A stretch of 64,000 bases of DNA from Octopus vulgaris. Taxonomy: Eukaryota. Each line of letters opens with the position of its first letter. The first letter of the stretch is position 1. The stretch is from NCBI GenBank assembly GCA_951406725.2, contig OX597834.1:34162001-34226000 (forward strand). The letters are read 5' to 3'. Under the pieces are notes generated by a model. The model was not told the DNA's origin, searched no databases, and worked only from the letters and a program-made list of their open reading frames with translations. Both the position numbers and the translations under genes were made by a program. Below, piece by piece: positions 38,048-51,412 of the stretch.

Positions 38048-38242
38048 ATCCCAACAATGATTGTGTGTGGTTCCCTTGATGTGTCTTTGGGACCTGTGTC
38101 TACCAAGAATTTGAAGCAGTTACCAAATAGTGAAGTTTTCATTCTGGAAGGAGCAGGGCACCCTGCATATCTAACTCACACTGATGCTTTTCATAGATTA
38201 CTCTATAATTTCCTCCTGTCTATAGCATCATCACAGAACTAA
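38048..38242 (+). CDS. ABHD14A: ABHD14A-like last coding exon
   Basis: IPTMIVCGSLD...LKQLPNSEVFILEGAGHPAYL...FHRLLYNFL...*, supplying the catalytic Asp and His. Full protein is 280 aa from ATG 31160 or 294 aa from ATG 16944. Confidence 0.94.
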   Translation: MPTMIVCGSLDVSLGPVSTKNLKQLPNSEVFILEGAGHPAYLTHTDAFHRLLYNFLLSIASSQN

Positions 38243-38267
38243 GAGACTGGTGAAAGATAATTATTTT

Positions 38268-38273
38268 AATAAA
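38268..38273 (+). terminator. Candidate proximal polyadenylation signal for ABHD14A-like
   Basis: AATAAA 25 nt after the stop codon. The A-rich context makes a chance match possible. Confidence 0.35.
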
Positions 38274-40744
38274 CAAAAAGAGAAACAAAGTAAAAAAAAA
38301 ATTTTTTTTTTAAATCAAAAACAAAAAAGCTAAATGGGGAAATTTTATATAATTATATTAATTATATTTTCAAACCAAATTAACTTGCCAAGCTTGCTGC
38401 ATTATGGAAACTGGAGATTTAATTTAGATAATTAAAAAAAAAAATTGTATTATCATAATCATCCTTAACATCATGAATATGTGCACGTGTGTATATGTAT
38501 ATGCGTGTGTGTGTATGTATGTATGCATATATATATATATGTATGTATATATATTAATTATATAATGTCTGTCTATACATAGACAGATACACACACATAT
38601 ATTCACCATTGTCATCATGAATATACTTAACCAAATGGTTAAGCAGTTCCCTTTGCATAAAGTCCCAGGTTCAGTCCCACCCTGTAGAATCTTGGGCAAA
38701 TGTCATTCCCTACAGCCTTGCATCGACCTTTGTCTTGTGAGTTTAACTGGGTTTTCGCAGAATACATATAGACACCTGCTGCATGGATTGTACCAGTAAT
38801 TTATCTGGTACAGCCTTGTCGCACAGTGTGACATACTGATTCTGCCCAAGAATTACATTGAGTGTGGGATACTCAGGTGCTTACACTTGTAATGCAGGTT
38901 GATCAGACAGTTGGATATCATTGTCCAGCAAGAGAGTTACCACCACACACACACGCACATATATACATACACATACGATATATATATATATATATATATC
39001 TATATATAGGGCCCCTTTGGTCATGAATGACAATGGAATTACACCTAGAAAGAAGTCCCCCTCTCTTTTAGTCCGGGCAAGATTGTTTGTGGAAGACCAG
39101 CAGTTGTCCGTGTATACTAGTCTTCCCTCTCCACTGATGTTGTCTAAAGGAAAGGCCGACACAGCGTGGCACCAGTGATGTCGCAACTTATTTCTACAGC
39201 CGAGCGAACTAGAGTAACATGAAATAAGGTGTCTTGAAGAACACAATGCACAGCCTGGTCTTGGAATTGAATTCACAACCTCATGGTTGTAAGCCTGATG
39301 CTCTAACCACTGAGCAATGCACCTTCACACATATGTATAATATATAATACATATTTATATATAAAATATAATGTGTGTGCATGTGTGTAAACAAATTGAT
39401 AAAGGGTTGTTTTGAGGGGTTTTTTAAAATTTTTCTGAGGTATATTTTGTTTTCAATGATATCATTTTTGGCATGATAATCATATCAGGTGAGTGAAGTT
39501 TTTTACAGTGATAATATTGTATCTTTATGGAATAAAACAGTATATTTTGATATTTACATGGAGCAGTCCAGAGGGATAGATTTTTTAGTATGTATAGTAA
39601 CGATTACAATTGTGTGTTGTGAAATTAATGGTTTCTAGCAGAAACAGAAGCTGTAAATTCGGGATTGGATGCTGGGTAGACTTGCCTATCCTCTGATTCC
39701 AAATACTCAATGGTACTTAACTGGTAAATTATGCTAATAAGAGAGCCTCTTCTTTATGCCTAGAAAATAAAAATTCCATGCTCAACACGAGTGGAATATC
39801 TATGATCATAGGTCTGCTTGATCAGGATTTGTAGCAATAATATAAGCCAATGGATATAATATATATATATATATACACACACATAATAGAAACAGCTGTA
39901 AAGGATAATTATCGATTTGTTGCTGATAATAAACTCTTATTAACTTCAAAATCTCCATTTTCTTCTTTTGTTTATACATATATATATGTGTGTGTGTATG
40001 TATATATGTATATGCATTTATATATATAGACACACTCATGACAGGCCTCTTTCAGTTTCTGTCTACCAAATCTTCTCACAAGACTTTAGTTGATCTGAAG
40101 TTATAGTAGAAGACACTTGCCCAAGGTGCCACACAGTGGGACTGAACCCAGAACTATGTGGCTGGGATGTAACCTTCTTAGCACACAGCTATGGATATTA
40201 TAATATATATATATATATATCTTTCTAGATTGACCTGCTGGAAATAGCAACTAAATATTTCCTAACACACACCATACTGTTTTATTGTGGAAAAGTATGA
40301 GTAAATTTTATTTGAAAATAAAAAAGAAAAAACATTAAAAAATATGAAATAGGATGATCATAGCTTGAACATATATGGTTATATAGTGCACCATAGGACT
40401 GCTCTGTAAGGGCTAACTCGGGGTTAAACAACAGCTATAAAAAGTATTTTATTTTATCAACCCACTGAAAAGCAAGGTTGACCTAAGCAGAATTCAAAGT
40501 CACTTCATTAAGAAAACATCACTAAATACCATAAAGCAGTTTCACACATCTCTAACAATTCTTTCACTGCTAGTAACTGAGATTGTTATTTAAACTCTAT
40601 CAGTTGGTTATGTGTATTATATATTCAATAAACTGGAAATTTATGGTTCAAACTTTATTAAAGTATTTGTCACATCTTTTATTTATGAATTTAATTTACG
40701 AATGTAACCCAATATATATATGTGTGTGTGTGCACATGCATATA

Positions 40745-41195
40745 TATATATATGGGCCTCACAGAGGAAATGAAAGATCGAGACCTCTGAGATATGCTAA
40801 GACCCGACAAATGAAGTGAGTTCATGGCTTGCAGGACGATCTGCTGTGCTAACCTTGGATCATAGAGTGACCCACTGTGCTTGAGGAGACCGATTGAGTC
40901 AAGTACATCAACATCAATATCAAAATAAAAAAATCAAATGGAAATTGTAGTTATGATACTTGTGCCAGTGGCACATAAAAAGCACCATCCGAACGTGGTT
41001 GATGCCAGTGCTGTCTGACACATAAATAGCACCCACTACACACATGGAATGGTTGGCATTAGGAAGGGCATCCAGCTGTAGAAACACTGCCAGATCAGAC
41101 TGGAGCCTGTCGCAGCCTCCTGGCTTCCCAGACCCCGGTCGAACCGTCCAACCCATGCTAGCATGGAAAACGTACGTTAAACGATGATGATGATA
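40745..41195 (+). mobile_element. RTE LINE 3' end (ORF tail plus 3' UTR)
   Basis: GLTEEMKDRDL*.YA followed by the tgtgcc(a/g)gtggcac / ggaagggcatccagc module and a (GAT)n tail, linking that module to an RTE LINE. Confidence 0.7.
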
Positions 41196-42897
41196 TATAT
41201 GGGTGTATATATATATACATATGTGGGTGTGTGTATATATATATATATATACATACATCATCATCATCCTCATTTAACGTTTGTTTTCCATGCTAGCATG
41301 GGTTGGACGGTTCAACCTTCCTAACGCCAACCAATCCGTGAGTGTAGTGGGTGCTCTTTACGTGCCACTGGCACGAACGCCAATCAAGGTGGTGCTGGCA
41401 TTAGCCACGTTCGGATGGTGCTTTTTACGTACCATGGCTGAAACAAAATCTTCATTAACTGAAGGTCAACCTTATTCCAACCATGCCTGTTTTATGTAAC
41501 TTTTGTTATTTGGCAAGACGTTTGCTTCCCAACCACATGGCTCTGGGTTCAATCCCACTGCAAGGGACTTTGGCCAAGCGTCTTCTACTATAACCCCAAG
41601 ACTTGAGAGTGGATTTGGTAGACAGAAACTGAAAGAAGCCCACCTTGTGTTTACATGGCCATAACTTAGTAGTTTGCCAAAAGGCGATCAATAGAATAAG
41701 AACCACACTAAGTAAAAAAGGGGAAGGATTGGGGTTGATTTGTTCAACTAAAGCCTTCAAGGAGTGCCCCAGCATGGCAGCAGTCTAATGACTGGAACAA
41801 GTAAAAGAAAGAAGATAAACAGTTAGTTGTGATTTGAGGAATTTTGGCTGTTTCTGCTACGACCACCTCTTGTGTTAATTATATGGAATAAATGTAAGTG
41901 AACATGATAAACTGTATGGAAGACCTACGACCACAAAAAATAGGGTACATATTATGTTTCCCCACATTATGGATTAAATTTTTGTGCTGGTGGCATGTAA
42001 AAAACACCATTCAAGCGTAGTCGTTGCCAGTGCCATTGAACTGACTCCTGTGCAGGTGGCATATAAAAAGCACCATTTAAGCATGGTCAGTGCCAGTACC
42101 GCCTGACTAGCCCTCGTGCCGGTGGCACATAAAAGCACCCACTACACTCTCGGAGTGGTTGGCATTAGGAAGGCATCCAGCAGTAGAAACTTTGCCAGAT
42201 CAGATTGGAGCCTGGGGCAGCCTTCAGTCAAACCATCTAACCCATGCCAGCATAGAAAGCAGACATTAAATGATGATGATGAGAGTTGAAAAATATAAAT
42301 CTGACATATGACCAGTCAGTTGGAAAGAGACTCAGTCATACGCACGTGGGTTTATATGAACACAAACGTACATACATATTTTTTAAGCCTAGTACTTATT
42401 CTATTGGCCTGTTTTGCTGAACCACTAAGTTACGGGGATGCACACACACCAACACAGGTTGTCAAGTGGTGATGACAGACACATATAGATATATACTTTA
42501 TATATACACACACACACAAATAGGCTTCTTTCAGTTTCCGTCTACAAAATCCCCTCACAAGGCTTTAGTCGACCCATGGCTATAGTAGGAAATACTTGTC
42601 CAAGGTGACACTGAACCCAGAACCATGTGTTTGGGAAGCAAGCTTCTCACCACACAGCCATAACAAGCTTCTTTCAGTTTCTGGCTACCAAATCCATTCA
42701 CACAGGTTTGGTTGGCCCAGGGCTATAGTACAAGTCACTTACTGATTTTACAATAAAGCAATAAAAATTTTAAGACATATCTAAAAATAAAGCTAACAGT
42801 CCCAGTTATTCCAAAGTCATTAAGATAGACAGACAACTAACTATAGCCATGTATACACACAAATATATGCATATGTATACACATGTATATATATATA

Positions 42898-45070
42898 TAT
42901 TAGGTGGGAAAAAAAAGTACTGTTGCATATTTGAAACGATCACTTTAAGGACAATGTTTGAACACTTATGGTAAAATAAGCATTAATGTTTACCTTCTTT
43001 GCAGTTTACACGATGCCATAATGGTTACGTTTGGATCAATTTTACTTCTTTTAAAGTGAATTTAGATCAGTCTCATATCAGATACTACATGCTGTATGGG
43101 GTTAAAAAGGAGTTCTTCAGCAATGGAAATGGCAAGAAATATTCTGGTTATGGCAATGAAGCTTTAAGGACTTGTCAATGATGGTTTGGCCAGTTTCGCT
43201 CAGAAAATTTTTCCTTTCCAATCTTATTGATCAAGTTCTGTCAACAAATGAGCTTCTGGAAACAGCACAGGAGGAAAATCCAAAGAAAACTGCACAAGAA
43301 TTGACAAAACAGTTCAATTGAAGTCACACTTTGATGATAGAACACCTTCATAAGTTACCAAAAATGTGTCTAAAATTGGTCTGTGGGTCCTTCCTCATCT
43401 GACTGCTTCTCAGCTTAACCCTTTAGTGTTCAGATTATTCAATCAAACATAATGCCTATTGATTCCCATTAATTTGAATTAACCATGCATTATCTCATAT
43501 CTTCAAGATCTTGATGGTGTAATTACTTAATGTAGAATAACATTGTAGGGTAGGTGTGAGGGCCTGGATCTGGTCAGTTTGAGCATAAAACAGATTAACT
43601 ATTTTGGCCGGTTTAAATACTAAAGGGTTAATCAAAGAGTTGTCTTCTGTTCATTATTGAAGAGTCGACTTGCTACTGAACCATACATGAGTAGAATCAT
43701 CACAATTGAGGTAAAGTGGGTTTTCTATAAACACATGTAATGAACAAGAAGACTTTATCTCTAAATCCAGATTACATCAACAAAAAAGTTATGCTCTGTG
43801 TTTGGTGGCATATGAAGGGTTTGTCATGAATGTTGCCAATTGGAAGCATTGCACAAAAATTGGGGGGGGGGGAGGAAGCACCCATCACTGGTCAATTGTA
43901 TACAGGTGTTTGTTGCTCTTTCACAGCAAGACTACATAATGCTCAAATCACTCAAGAAAAAATTACGACACTAAATATATAGAGGTTTTGCTGACCATTG
44001 ATCTAGGATTCCTCTGCTTAGCATCGATGTAAGATGTACTGCTGGCTCAGTTGAGCTCTTCCACTGACTCTTCACAATCCCATGACTTTGCTGTATCCCT
44101 GGCAGGGTGGCTGAATGGGTGTTATGCTTTGCCAAAGGGACAACCCAAAACTGCAATGCATCCATAGGGGTGGTTGCGCAATCAGCTAAAGAAAGATTCC
44201 CTATGATTCAAACCTGACAATTCTATCCCCACAACCCTCTCAGGAATAGTGGATGGGATAGTGACAGAGAGAGAGATGATGATAATGGTGGAGGTGTTTC
44301 TACATCCCCCTTACTTTGACTATCATCTTTTCAAGTCACTGCAACATTATTGAGAGAAGTGATTCTCAAGCAGGATCCACATGGCCCCTGATGGTTCATA
44401 CAACAAAATAGTAAATCAGGATCCACAATAGTATTTTAAGGGACCCTGAAAAAATTTTGATTTAGATGTATTGCAAGAAACAGCTTGGTTTCTTTCTCTC
44501 TTTTACAGAGCTCAACCTATCCAAGTTATAATTTAACCCACTGTCCTCGTTTGAGGATGATTTCATTTGGTTTATTTACTTGTATAAAACTTAACTGAAT
44601 GCAAAATAGTGTTTGTTGTATTTATTTAACCATTGTATTTGGTTTATTTACTGCAATAAAGGTTAACTGGACGCTTCTGTATGTTTGTTATCCCTGTCTA
44701 TGTAACTATCTTCAAAATTTCTACAGGGTTAACCTGGGTTAAAAATTGAAATATAGAAATTTTGAAAGAAGTTTCTATAAAACTAGTTTTTAAACATTGA
44801 ATGGCTATTGAGGTCCACAACAATAAAATAGTAATCAAAGGGTCCACTGATAAAAAAAAAATGGTTGAGAACCCCTGATTTAGAGTAAAAACTGTTTATT
44901 AACCGTGAGGAAGTTAAAAATGTTACTGAGCATTTCCCTCCTTCAAAATCTGAAGAGGGGATCAACAATTTGCCAAATAACTTGGACTGATTACTAAGTT
45001 ATCAATGACGAGGAGAAATGTTATTTTGATTAAATATATCAGTTAAGACCAAAGAAGCATTTGTCACTTT
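42898..45070 (+). mobile_element. Decayed mariner transposon interrupted by younger insertions
   Basis: Relic motifs in order: WVPH-like (~43384), ITxEVKWVFY (~43700), KKVMLCVWW (~43783), DYHLFKSLQHY (~44318), GINNLP (~44957). A TTAA MITE sits at 43415-43631 and a hAT-like MITE at ~44360-44880. Confidence 0.65.
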
Positions 45071-45165
45071 CCCATCTTGAAATGCAACAGGACTGTCTTT
45101 CCAGCCTAGTATATGTTTATATATATACACAGACAAACACACATCTATGTATGTGTGCATATATA

Positions 45166-45598
45166 AATGAGGTGGTATCAAAAAGTTCCTAGACTAGTTC
45201 TGTCGTGTGCCAACAGCAACATTCATGAGGTAGTGTGCTGAGTGACATCGCTGAGCTCATGAATTTCTTGCCCAAAACAACATGGTATCACTTGCACACC
45301 TGCTCTATTCACCAGATTTAGCACTCGCAGACTTCCATAGCTTTCCCAACATGAAAACACAGCTCAAAGGTTGCTGCTTTAACATCATTGTCGAGATCTT
45401 AAAGTGAATCGCATAAGGTCCTCAACTCATTTAAGGAAAATAATTTCCAGGATGGATTCCAAAAGTGGCAGGAACACTGGGACGGATAGATTGCTGTGCA
45501 AAGTGACTAGTTTGAAGGAGATTATGTTAAAACTTAGGGTAAATAAATTATTCCTTTATTAAACATAACTAGTCCAAGATCTTTTTGATACCATCGTG
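45166..45598 (+). mobile_element. Internally deleted mariner element
   Basis: TIRs tggtatcaaaaag / ctttttgatacca. Internal YSPDLALADF and FQKWQEHWD...GD.FEGD-like transposase C-terminus. Confidence 0.75.
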
Positions 45599-46416
45599 TG
45601 TGTATATATAAATATATATATCTGTGTGTGTGTGTGTGTATTATATATAAAACAATTCATACAGCTCACCCTAACCAAATTTCCCAAATGATATGCAACC
45701 ACAAAATGTGCAAATGGAGTGAAAACAACTTTTCACATTTATTTAGAAATATTTAACATGTTTGTTGGGCCAATCAATGCAGAAGACTTTTAGGTTTGAT
45801 AATTTAATCCTCAGATATATGATGGCATCATTGATTGATCGATTGATTGATTGATTTACCATCTTGTTTATATGTTTTTTTTTCATTATATAATTTTGTT
45901 GTTATAAGTGTGTCTGTGTGAAGGAATATAAAAAACAAAACAAACACAAAAAATGGCTGAGGTTCAACAAATCTATATAGACACAAACATACACACTAAT
46001 GTGTATATGTGTGAGTGTGTATATATATATATATTTCTATCTCTATATATATATTTACACATATATACATACAGATATGCAATGAAGAGACAAATTTGTG
46101 AAAAAAAAAAAAAAGGTCCCACAAAAACTTGCCAAGCTTTTACAGTTAATGGTTTCAAATTTTGGCACAAGGCCAGCAATATTTTAAGGGAAAGGGGTTA
46201 GTTTATTATATCAACCCCAGTACTTGACTGGTACTTTATTCTATCAGTCTCGAAAGGATGCAAGGCAAAGTTGACCATGGCGGTATATGAGCTCAGAGCA
46301 TAAAAAAGCTGAAGGAAACATCACTAAGCATTTTGTCTTACAGGCTAATAATTCTGTGAGCTCAATGCTTTTAGAGTCACTAATAATACTTGTGTATGTG
46401 TGTGTGTATATATATG

Positions 46417-46448
<32 letters not shown>

Positions 46449-49400
46449 ATGTAGTTTTAAAGTGAGATCAGTTAGAAAAGTTAATGAGTCTGGATGGACT
46501 GATGAGTTGGTCAAGCGATGTGAATTGCTCGTTGATGGATAGCTGTTATACTGGAGGGGCTGGAAGGGGACAGAGAGAGAGAGAGAAGATGGTGGGTGGG
46601 CATTCAGACAATGAAAGAGAGCAAGATTGATACAAGTGGGGTAGCTTTAGTTGCTAAAATTTCTCATTTTTTAAAATTTTTTTTTTACACCAGCTGATCG
46701 GAGAATTAAATGGAAAGTGGGCTTTCAACAATTATAAAAAAAACAGCAACTTTTCCATACTTGTAAGAATCAGAAGAGATATATCACTTTTTTTTTTTTT
46801 TAATAAGAGCAGGACGAGGAAATGGAATTGTTATTTTGTACAACAGAAACTGGTGGCTGAGTGGTTTATATAGATGGGAATAGTGAAAGGAGTGTTAAGT
46901 AGGCATTGGTCGATATGAGACTGTGGGCTATGGAGGACACTACCTTCAGGAATTTAGTTACATGTACTGAAGACCTCATCTTCAGTGCTTGTAAACTGGG
47001 TGGGGTGGGGTGGAGGTGGGTATGAGACACTTTGGCATAGTTGTTTGGAGCTGTTGATTCAATGCTGACCTATTTGACATCACTGTTCATGTGCATAAGA
47101 GGGAAGGTGTTTATGTTAATCATGTCCAATTAACAAATTCTAATCCCTCTCTATATATATGTGGGCATGTTTCTCTCTCTCTCTGTGAGGAGAGGCTAAG
47201 TGTTTTTGTTTCATCATGTCTAATAATCTCTCTCTCTTTGTCTATGCATGTCAGCATATTTCCCTTTGTGTGTATGAGGGAAAATGTTTATATTGTTCAG
47301 TTAATAAATTCTAAGAACCCTCTCTCCTTCTCTCTCACTACTTATGTGTACGAGTATATTCCAATGTGTATGACGAGAATGGAGAATGTTAATCACCATT
47401 ATTATCGTTTAATGTCCGTTTTCCAGCCTAACACGAGCTGGTTAGCCAGGGAGCTGTTTTGGCATGGTTTCTACAGCTGGATGCCCTTCCTAATGCCAAC
47501 CACTTTACAGAGTGTAATTACGCAGCATCGGCATGAGTGCATTTTATGTGGCACTGCCACCTATAAAAGACAAGTCTGTATATATGGATGACATTGATTT
47601 TATCATTTATATGTCTTCTCAAGTACAGCAAATCGCCACAACTCCCAGTCCCTTGTCATTTCAAATTACAATATTTCTCTCTGTGTATATGTGTACAAGC
47701 ATATTTCTCATTATATGTATGAGGAGAAGGAAAGTATTTGTGTCACCTGTGCTCAATTAAGAAATTGTAATGTATCTGTATGTGTGTGTTTGTCTCTCTC
47801 TCTAGGGCCAAAAAGTACTGTCGCTCAATGTCCAGTCAGTTGTGCACATTGTCAGAGTCCAAACAACCACGCCCGATCATCTCATTCCATTAACTATATT
47901 CAGACTTATAACTTAGATTAAATACTACTGGGGGAGAATTTCTTTTGATTGCCTTTGATTCTGACAAATTTATTCGCCTGTATGTACATGCATGTGTGTG
48001 CTTATGTGTTGTCTGTGTATCTTGCCACACTCTTTTTTTTTTCTTTTAAAGAATCTTTAATAAATTGAAAAATGTAAACTTGAAAAGCAAGAAAAAGAAC
48101 CATCACCTCTCTCCCATAAAGACAACAACAACAACAAAAAAAAAGAGAAAAAATCCTCACCCAGCATCAACAACAACAATAATAATAATAATAATAATCA
48201 TAATACAAAATGAAAATATATGAAAAAGGAAATACCAGCCCTGAAATATAATCAGAGTTTTAAAGGTTAAAAGGTTTACGCAGTTATGTGTTTGGTTTCT
48301 GAACCTCTGGCCAGCAGGTGATGTCGGAACTGGGAACACGGTGAATTTTGGATCCTAGCACAACCACAAAAGCAGCATCTGAAGGCACTAGATCGGTTCA
48401 TCTGTCACCTCCTCCTCTTCTCATACACTCTTCATATTTCATCGTTTTCTTCTTTCTTTCTCTGTGTTATATATATATATATATATATGCCAATATATAT
48501 ATATATCAATATATATATTTATCTATATATGCCAATATATATATATAAATATACATGCCTATATATATTCTTTCTCTGCCCCTCCCCCCGCCACCATTTA
48601 TTTTTTTTTTTGCCATGGACAGTATCTTGAATGAAGTGGAAGAAAAGCAGCAGCAACAGCAATGACAACAAAAAAATAGCAGCAAGACTCTTTTTTTCTT
48701 TCTTTCTTTGCAATAAATAACAAGAAACCATTTTTTTTTTTTAATTACAAGAAGAATTCTTTAGTGAATCATCAAAAAAATTTTTTTTTAGAAAACAAAC
48801 AAAACAAAAAAAAAAACACCAATCAGAAATATCAAAGAATTATTATTATCATCATCAGCATCATTGTCATCATCATCATCATCATCAATTCATCCATCTT
48901 GGTTTAAAAAAAACTCACTGATCTGCTGAAAGAAAAACAACCATTCAAAAAAAAAAAAACAAAAAAAAACATGCGCACACATGCACACAGAAAAAAAAAA
49001 ATATTTTAGAAACTTTCATAACATCAGTGTTTTATAGGAATAAAAAAAGGGGATGGGATCATAAAAAAAAAAAGTGGGGAATATATGCATATGCTTTATA
49101 CATCATATATATGTATGTATACACCCACCCACATTATATACATATGTATATATTTATGTGTGTGTATGTATATATATATACACATACACACAAAATTATA
49201 TGTATATGTGTGTGTATATATATATACATACATTTGAGTGTGTATGTATATATATATATATATATATTCATGTACATACATGTAAGTGTGCGTATGTATA
49301 TATATATACACATACACATGTTATATACCTATCTACATTAAATTTATGATAAGCATATATAATTGTGTGTGCATGTATATATATATATATATATATACAC

Positions 49401-49647
49401 ACACATATATATACATACATATAGATACATTTATAATGCATAAAGGAAAGGAAAGAGAGAGAGAGAGATCCACACACATGCGACAGCATATACACACACA
49501 AGCATACAAACGCAGTCACTCACAGAAGCTCGCAAATTTATTATATATAAATATATAACTCCTAAATTTTTTTTTTTTTTTTTTTTTTTTTCGACCAGTC
49601 ATTATATATATATACAAATATTACAGTAGACTGTGGCATTTGAAAGG

Positions 49648-50055
49648 CTAGTGTACTTGGCAGGCCCGAAACATGATAATCTGTAACAGTATAAACAAGG
49701 GAATCATTATCTCAGAACACGAGATCATCTTTTCATGGCTTAGTTTCTGGCACAGTAGTGTTTTGAATATAAAGATCAGCATGACAACTAGCAAGGATGA
49801 GACCAGTCGGATGCCGGCTGGACGTAGCAGGTCCAGTTCTTTTATAGTTCGGATGAACACGATGATGATGAAGTAAGCATCGATGGCGTCGATGGCGAAC
49901 ATGGGTGCAAACACCATCCACCACGACGTATCCATCACGCGTTCGTACTTCAGTGCAGCCATTATAGAGAAGACAAACACCGCTATCAGGTGCATCCAGA
50001 TCTCAAAGGCCGTCAGACCAATCCATTGTACAAGTTCTCGTAGAGTGAAGAGCAT
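49648..50055 (-). CDS. TMEM203: Transmembrane protein 203 (135 aa, single coding exon)
   Basis: MLFTLRELVQWIGLTAFEIWMH...SWWMVFAPMFAIDAIDAYF...LLCQKL...PLFILLQIIMFRACQVH* matches TMEM203 end to end. An in-frame stop lies upstream and the ORF-track start at 50115 is a GTG. Confidence 0.95.
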   Translation of the reverse strand: MLFTLRELVQWIGLTAFEIWMHLIAVFVFSIMAALKYERVMDTSWWMVFAPMFAIDAIDAYFIIIVFIRTIKELDLLRPAGIRLVSSLLVVMLIFIFKTLLCQKLSHEKMISCSEIMIPLFILLQIIMFRACQVH

Positions 50056-50535
50056 GATGGTAGTGGTAGTGGTGGTGGTGGTGGTGGTGGTGATGGTGCT
50101 GAAGTAGACATTCACGGTACCGACAGCTGCAATACAGCAAGCTTGGCTGAACGGCAGGCGGTTGTCTCGTTAACGATGAAATCTGCATGTAGGCAACGGG
50201 CTGCTACCACCCCCGACACGAAAGTGTTGGTGGTAGTATGGTTCTGATCGGCTTAAATTGTAGATCCTAGTTGTTTTATTATTTTTTTTTCTTTTTCTGT
50301 GATTTTTTTTAAAGATTGTTTTTGTTGTTGTTGTTGTTTTGGTTGTGATTCATGTGGGTTCTTTTCCTGAAGTAATCCTTATTGTTAAGTTTAGAAGTCC
50401 TGGCGACATGAGTGGAACTGACGTTGGTGTGCCACGTAGACATTAGATCAGAACAGGTAGATTCCATATCCCTGAGCCAATGACAACATTCTAGGTGCAC
50501 CTATGGAATAGAGAAAAAGAGAGTAAATGTTAGCA
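50056..50535 (-). other. TMEM203 5' leader within the coding exon, and its splice acceptor
   Basis: ctaac branch point, polypyrimidine tract and tag acceptor at 50502-50501. The exon starts at 50500. Confidence 0.7.
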
Positions 50536-51371
50536 CAGGAACACATGATGGGAAGGGGACAAGGTTTGCTGAGTGACAAATGGTAGTGAAGCCCGAGAGG
50601 GAAAGAGTAAAGAGATCAGGGCTTCAGAGTTGAGAGGAGATGGGATGAAGTGCAAGGGGGACAAAGGATGGGACAAGGAAGGATGAGATGAAAGGGGACA
50701 GAATATGGTGAGAGATGACACAGGATGGATAGGGAGAGGATGTGATGAGACAATATGAGTAGGAGGTGCATGACTTAGTGGTTAGGGTATTGGACTCATG
50801 ATAATAAGGTTGTGGTTTCAATTCCTGGATCAGGCGATGTGTGATGTTCTTGAGCGAAACACTTCATTTCATGTCCACTCAACTGGTAAGAATAAGTAAT
50901 CCTGCACGGTACCAGCATCTTATACAGGGAGGATTATACACGTCAGAGAATCCGGGAAAGGGCAATGTGGTCTAACAAGTAGAGACTAGATGAGGCTCAA
51001 CACATGGGGTGAAGCAAGCAATGTTTGCTGAGTAACAGAAGAGGTGGGATGAGACAGGAGGGAATAAGATTAAGATGAAAAACGGCAGGGGATGGGATGA
51101 GGCAGAGTGAGATAAAAAGGGGATGATGGGAAATCACATAGGATGAACAGGGAGTGTACAATGATAGGAGACAGTATGAGATGAGACAAGACGAGTGTAA
51201 ATTTGCATACAAACCTGTTCAACTCATACTAACAGTGGAAAGGGAGAAAAAAATGTTAAAGCAATGACAGTGAAGATGTTTGTTTATGATATTTTGACAT
51301 TATTAACATCAGTTCATCAGTTTGTGGCAGAAAAACAAGAGCCCCACTAACAAAACTACAACCACTTACCA

Positions 51372-51412
<41 letters not shown>

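Noticed and set aside
47806-47921. Plus-strand acceptor followed by QCPVSCAHC, resembling the end of an ShKT domain
   Set aside because: No upstream exon supplies the other cysteines, and the acceptor derives from a CT tract of the tandem array.
50056-50115. Poly-Thr N-terminal extension of TMEM203 in the ORF track
   Set aside because: It starts at GTG; homology begins at ATG 50055 and the extension is a (CAC)n repeat.
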